Position numbers and translations under genes: made by a program. DNA of 62,000 nt, counting the filler, from Basidioascus undulatus (lineage: Eukaryota): assembly GCA_000826855.1 (NCBI GenBank). It is 11 parts of 11 records of this genome, joined end to end, with 100 filler letters (N's around TTAATTAATTAA, not from the genome) between each part and the next. Parts side by side here need not be neighbours in the genome. Positions count along the whole stretch, not along the records: positions 56,487 to 62,000 come from JTLS01001920.1; 10 more parts are not named here. One strand, 5' to 3'. The notes beneath the pieces were generated by a model, which saw nothing but the letters and a program-made list of their open reading frames with translations, ran no database searches and had not been told where the DNA came from. This document shows, one piece after another, positions 57,100 to 62,000 of the stretch. The number at the start of each line of letters is the position of its first letter. Position 1 is the first letter of the stretch.

Positions 57100-58953
57100 C
57101 TACTCCGCGTCCAGATCCACCGTCACCCCCAGCAGCTCATCCAAATCCGCATCTACCAGCTCACGGTTGCCGTCCTCCTCGTCGAGCAAGTTGACGTCGA
57201 CGAGCTCGTCAAAAGGGCTCGTGTACACGCGGAAGGAGTTGAACTCGAAGTAGGCCTCGCTGAATGCGCCGGGGTTGTCGTCGACGTCTGTGGGAGAAAA
57301 TGAGTGTGAAACAGAGGAACGACTTTTGGGGAGGAACATAGAGCGTACAGGCAGCGCAGCTGCCTGGGCAGCCAGCTTGGGAGTTGAACGTCGCGCTGGC
57401 GCCGGCCCAGTCGCCACCTGTTGTCAAGCTCGTATGTCAGAGGCTGTTGATTTGTTCTTCGGAGAGTGAGGTAGAGCGCACAGAAGGTCAGGTTGATCAC
57501 GATCCAGTGCGGCCCGAAATGCTCGGACATGGTGCAGCCGGGGTTGTCGAGGAAGATGGCGTCTGCCGAATGCGGACCTCTTTCAATATCTCGTGCGCGA
57601 CTTTATAGAGGTGGTGCTGTAAGCGTACCTGGGGTCGGCCACGTATCTGGCATCAAGACGCTCAGCCCATGCCTGATCCCGACTGGAACGTTGTGGGCGT
57701 TTCTGCACGCAGTCGGCAAGGTCTGAGCTCTCGCACTGCCAGAGGGGAATAGGACTCGCTGCGCAGCGTACCGAGCAAAGAACCACACCGCAATCTCGCC
57801 CCTCTCCACGTTCCGGCGCAAAACGTACCACCCGCCTCCCTGCGCGTTGAAGGCCGGGCCGAAGGAGGCCGGCTTGCCGCTCATCTCCACGCCGCAGCCG
57901 GCGTTGTAGTTGACGGCGACGTCGCAATCGAGTTGCTGGTTTATCCTGTTATTGGCGAGAGAAGGTCTCAGCAGTGTGAGTGGCAGGAATGGGATGGGAG
58001 AGGGGAGGCGGACGGACCCTGTATGTGGGCGGGCGGGGGACATCACGCAGCCTGCGTCTGTGTGTAGCGTCGCTTGGTTGGTGCCTGTGCAGAGATTGGG
58101 GGTAGAATTGTTCAGCAGGGCGCAAGAGACTGTGTCGAGAAGGAAGACAGACCCGCTGAGTTGACGCCTTCCATGATGTCTGCACAGGGCATCGCACGCA
58201 TCAGTACACGCCTAGAGACTGTCGTGAAGTGCGAGAAGCAAACTAACCGATCTCGCCGCCATTCGGCCAATTCCCGGTGGTGACTGTCCATATGGCCGGC
58301 CATGTGCTGTTGTACAGTAAAAGGTCAGAAGCAGTACTCGAGCAGGAAAGCAGGAAACCGTACCCGCAGCCAGTCGGCATGTGATGCACGTCGAAGACAA
58401 ACAGACCCTGTGCACGGCGACCTTGCTGTTTGAGCGAACACCACCACCAGGGTAGTGAATGAGGTGCACGTACGTCTCCATAATCTTCTTTCGACTGTAT
58501 CCGCACGCTGTCTCGACCGCGAACTCTTGGATCGGACGAGTTGAGCCGCGTCGTGTCGTCCGCACGCATCACAAAGCTCTGGGCATTGACTGTCGGCGGC
58601 TCAGTGGTCTGCAGGACCGCTTTGATGGCATCAAAGGCGCACCGAGAACGAGATTCTTGTCAATCGCTTCCTCGAGTCCGACGTAACTATTTGCGAAAGC
58701 AAGTCAGCCGAGACATCCCGGACCGCAGGTGCGAGCCGAGGCCCACTTCACCCGGCCGTGCGTTGGATCTGTGACTCCATCCAGTGTCATTACCGATGTT
58801 GTGCAGGATGGCCGCGACACAAGATGTACCGTCATATTCAAAGTAATCAAACCCCCTGAGCCAGTCGACGCCGACATACTCATCCTTGAGAAGGTATGTC
58901 GCCCGTGCTGAAGCGGTGAGCAGGGCTAGAGTGCAGAGACGGGTGTTTCGCAT
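57100..58953 (-). CDS. Secreted GH16 endo-1,3(4)-beta-glucanase (fungal Lam16A-like)
   Basis: Signal peptide MRNTRLCTLALLTASARATY, then D|DPTHGRVN|YV, GRDSVRIQSK, HMPTGCG|TWPAIW, WPNGGEI|DIMEGVN (catalytic EIDIxE), NxGCGV, SFGPAFNAQGGGWY, IVINLTFC|GDWAG, AFSEAYFEFNSFRVY, and an acidic tail. Confidence 0.95.
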
Positions 58954-59436
58954 AGCAGTGAGTGCGTGGTTAGGGAGTTGGACGACGGTGGGAGGGTGAG
59001 ATGAGTGTGCTCGGCGGGGGTGGACTTTTGTGTGATCTTCGAACGCGAAGGAGACCGAGCGGAGGGACAACGCGACTCAGGGGTCCAAGCGTGTGGCAAG
59101 GCAGGCACGCAGCCAGCGCCGGCTAGCGCAGCTTAAATACCCAAGGACCGAGTGGCTGGGACAGTTTGGGAAGCAACGATGCTCATTATGAGAAATCAAT
59201 ATCAGGTCTCGGAATCAGTGAGCCCAGAAGGTATACGCGCGCCAACTGCGCAGATGCTGCGGCGGGTTCACAAGCGCCCGCTGCGGGTTGCCCGCATCGC
59301 TACAAGCAGGCTCAACCGAACAGTAATGCGATCTATAGGAATGCTGAATACTTGTGGATAGTACAAATGCAGGTTGGAATGCGTGGAAAGGAGCAATGAG
59401 AGGAAGGGGGCATGAGGACGGGCGACAGGTGGAAGA

Positions 59437-61337
59437 TCACTGCGCGGCGTCTTCTTGCGCCAGCTCCTGCGCCACCTTGGACTTCGCACGAAGCTTGCCC
59501 CCGACTGTGAACAGTCGTGATTGTAAGATTATGAAGGGTGCCAATCGAGCAAACTGCTGGACGTACACTTAACTAACAAGAAGGGAATGACACTCAGCGC
59601 GACGCCGATCAGGCCGAGCAGCGTACTAGCCCATTTTGAGCCGAGGTTGTCGTACATTTGCTTCGAGAATAGGGGGAAGGCTGTGGGACGATGGATCGTC
59701 AGATGATTGAACGGTTGTGGACTGCGGTTGGGGCGTACCTCCGGCAAGCAAGTTGCGGGCGGCCGACCTGCAGGCGCATCCGTAGGTAAGTCCAATTTTA
59801 ACCCCCATTCACCCTCACAGAGTTCTTTAAGTACTGTGCTGCTTGACCCGACGAACTGTATCGTCTGTAGGTGCATTCACAGGTCAGCCCAATCCATGCA
59901 CTCTCCTCGTGAGACCGCGTCAACGTACTCATACACATCTGCAATGTAATTGAACGTGCCAATGTACGCGGGATAAATGCCTATGGAAACGCGATTAGTA
60001 CTGAGTACCGACAACTGTGATATGGTAGCTTCTCCTTACCAAAGACTGCGATGACCAGGCCGATGACCGGCACGATCCAATGTACGGAGCGCTGGGCAGT
60101 CCATGCGTACATCAAGCAGCTGTACCGGCTAAAGATCAGCGTCTGGGGAAAACCCCTTCGATGCCACCTTCGGTACACACCCAGCGGGGAAGAGAAGACC
60201 GCCAATGCAGGCCCAGTACAGCCTGACCTCCGGGTCGGGTTTCGCACCGCCTCGCTTGGCGGAAGCGCGAGCGTAGACATGTTCTTGCTGTTGGTTGGCC
60301 TGCGAGGTTCAGCAGAAAAATGAGCTCGTCTTCGCGGTTCAGAAGCAGGGGACTTCTGACAATGAGACCGAACAGAGGTCCAATCATGATGGCGACGAGC
60401 ACTTCCTCAGACTGCCCGAGGTTGAAGTCGTACTCTACATCGAGAGTTAGCATTGGACCGGCGGCAGAAAGAAAAGAGAGAGAAGAAACGCACCCGTTTG
60501 GAAGACGCCCGGAACGGATGAGATCAGGCTGCAGAGGAGGGCAGTCAGCAACTGGCCATGGTTGTAGACATATCGCAAATAACGCACAGGAACAAACAAC
60601 CCCACATGAAGGAAATAAAGAGGGATATGGCAAGCACGATCGGCTCAGTCGTCAGGTAGACCAATGGCCTCGAGATCGACTGAGTGAGGAGAGTCCGCAT
60701 GTCGCCCCGCTCATTGTCCGCTCGCGTAAGATGCTCGATGCCCGTCTCCTTGGTAAGCTTGCGCGCTCTACGCGAGAGGAGGACACTCCCGCGGGTTTCG
60801 CGGAGAATAATGATGTTGATGAGGAGAGAGACGCCGTTGAGGATGAGCTGTTCGGCGAAATGTGTCAACAATCATGGAAGCGGTAGACCACATACGAATA
60901 CTTACGTTAATCCAAAACACCCATCTGAAACCAAGACGCATTTGGCAATATCCGGCCCACATCGGGCCCAAGGCTTGGCCTCCCATTGCGAAGACTGAGA
61001 CAGAGCATTCAGGCCCCAGTTCGGCTCCATCATACGAGCTAGTGTACGCACCACCAAAGATAGCCACTGTGAGCGGGTTTGGTCAGCGCCGGCGTGAGGG
61101 ATGAGTTTGAAACAACGCACTGGCAAACCCCCGTTCAGACGCATCGAACACGTCCGCGATCTGTACAAACTTCTGTGCTTAGACCGACTATTAAGACAGA
61201 GGGAAGTCGAGCGAGGACGCACTGTACCGCCCACCATACTATTTCCGACCGATGAGGACGCTCCATGGAAGAACCGAGTAACGAGGATGGCGGTGATATT
61301 AGGCGCGAGTGCTTGAGGGAGGAAGAAGAGCATATTA
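59437..61337 (-). CDS. MFS drug:H+ antiporter (DHA1 family); N-terminal TM1-TM3 not found
   Basis: Spliced: ALAPNITAILVTRFFHGASSSVGNSMVGGT|IADVFDASERGFAMAIF..LGPMWAGY...GFRWVFWI, LRETRGSVLLSRRARKL, SISRPLVYLTTEPIV, PPSEAVR, YIADVYE|RYSSSGQAAQ|SAARNLLAG|AFPLFSKQMYDNLGSKWASTLLG, FGGKLRAKSKVA. Confidence 0.9.
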
Positions 61338-62000
61338 CTGTGAAGAGTGATAAGCGGGGGGGGATAAGAAACACTTTAAGAAGAGGAGGGAGAAGAAGAG
61401 GAGCGGGAAGGGGTATGAGGACTTCTAGAGTGGGGTGAGGCGGGGGAGGGAGAGGGGGAGCAACGAGTTTTGTTTGGATACTGCAGGCGTGTTGTTAGCG
61501 GTTGGTGAAAAGCTAGTTCGACGCGGAAAGGTGCGTGTATGTCCGGGGATGAAAGAGATGCAGTGCATTGCTGATGAAATGGTCGTTTCTCAAAGAAATA
61601 TGAACAACTGAAGCGATACAAGTATGTTGTGCGGTTCGACAGGATAGGACGCGTTCAAGACTGCAGGCAAGAAGACAAGCGCGTCCGCTCGGCGCCCAGC
61701 CTGTGTCCCGTTACCACGACTTTATCATCTTCTCCCATCCCGAGCGCTCCATTCCACGCTTCATATTCGATGTCGCCGCTGACTGATCCGAGCAATATGC
61801 GGTAACCTTTCTCCTCGCCTCGTTGCAACGAAACGCCACGGGCGGGCCCTGTTGGGATCTCTCGTCTCTGGCTCCGACTCGTCGGCCCGCATCCTTGCGG
61901 TCCTTCATATTCAAGTATCGTTTATCCGTCTTCCCTTTCAATATTTATTGATATCGGTAACATTACTCGCTCCGCTAAGGTATCTACATGATCCTGTGAT

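Overview
Eukaryotic, GC-rich, intron-dense fungal DNA, most likely from a basidiomycete (GTGCGT/GTACGT/GTGAGT donors, CTRAY/GCTGAG branch sites, 55-110 nt introns). It is not a contiguous locus. Eleven contigs of about 5.5 kb are joined by ten 100-nt N spacers, each containing the six-frame stop linker TTAATTAATTAA, and they run in nearly descending size order, so neighbourhood across gaps is meaningless. Genes recognised after manual splicing: a DJP1-like DnaJ protein, TMA22/DENR, SEC13, an NRAMP/SMF transporter, an ACOT9-like acyl-CoA thioesterase, a DUF4140-like N-terminus, an MKK1/Pek1 MAPKK, SIT4/PP6, OPI3, RTT109, a probable eIF3e first exon, an MRC1-like protein, a BQT4-like APSES protein, ARG4, an SRR1/BER1-like protein, HMG-CoA reductase, tRNA-Val(AAC), a GH16 glucanase and a DHA1 MFS transporter. 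Several F-box-like pseudogene relics and gap-truncated hypothetical genes are also present. The most unusual signals are: (1) a degenerate ~150-175 bp tandem array at 42.5-43.6 kb whose units each look like an exon plus intron; (2) an ungapped, out-of-frame junction between a Tyr/Gln-rich ORF and a headless MAPKK; (3) a 4-nt microexon behind a GC-AG intron in SIT4; (4) a 420-nt HMG1 intron with SRE/E-box-like motifs; (5) an MFS gene missing its first transmembrane helices. I found no CRISPR array, rRNA or intact transposon, and no convincing novel multi-gene system. All gene identities come from motif recognition, not database searches.
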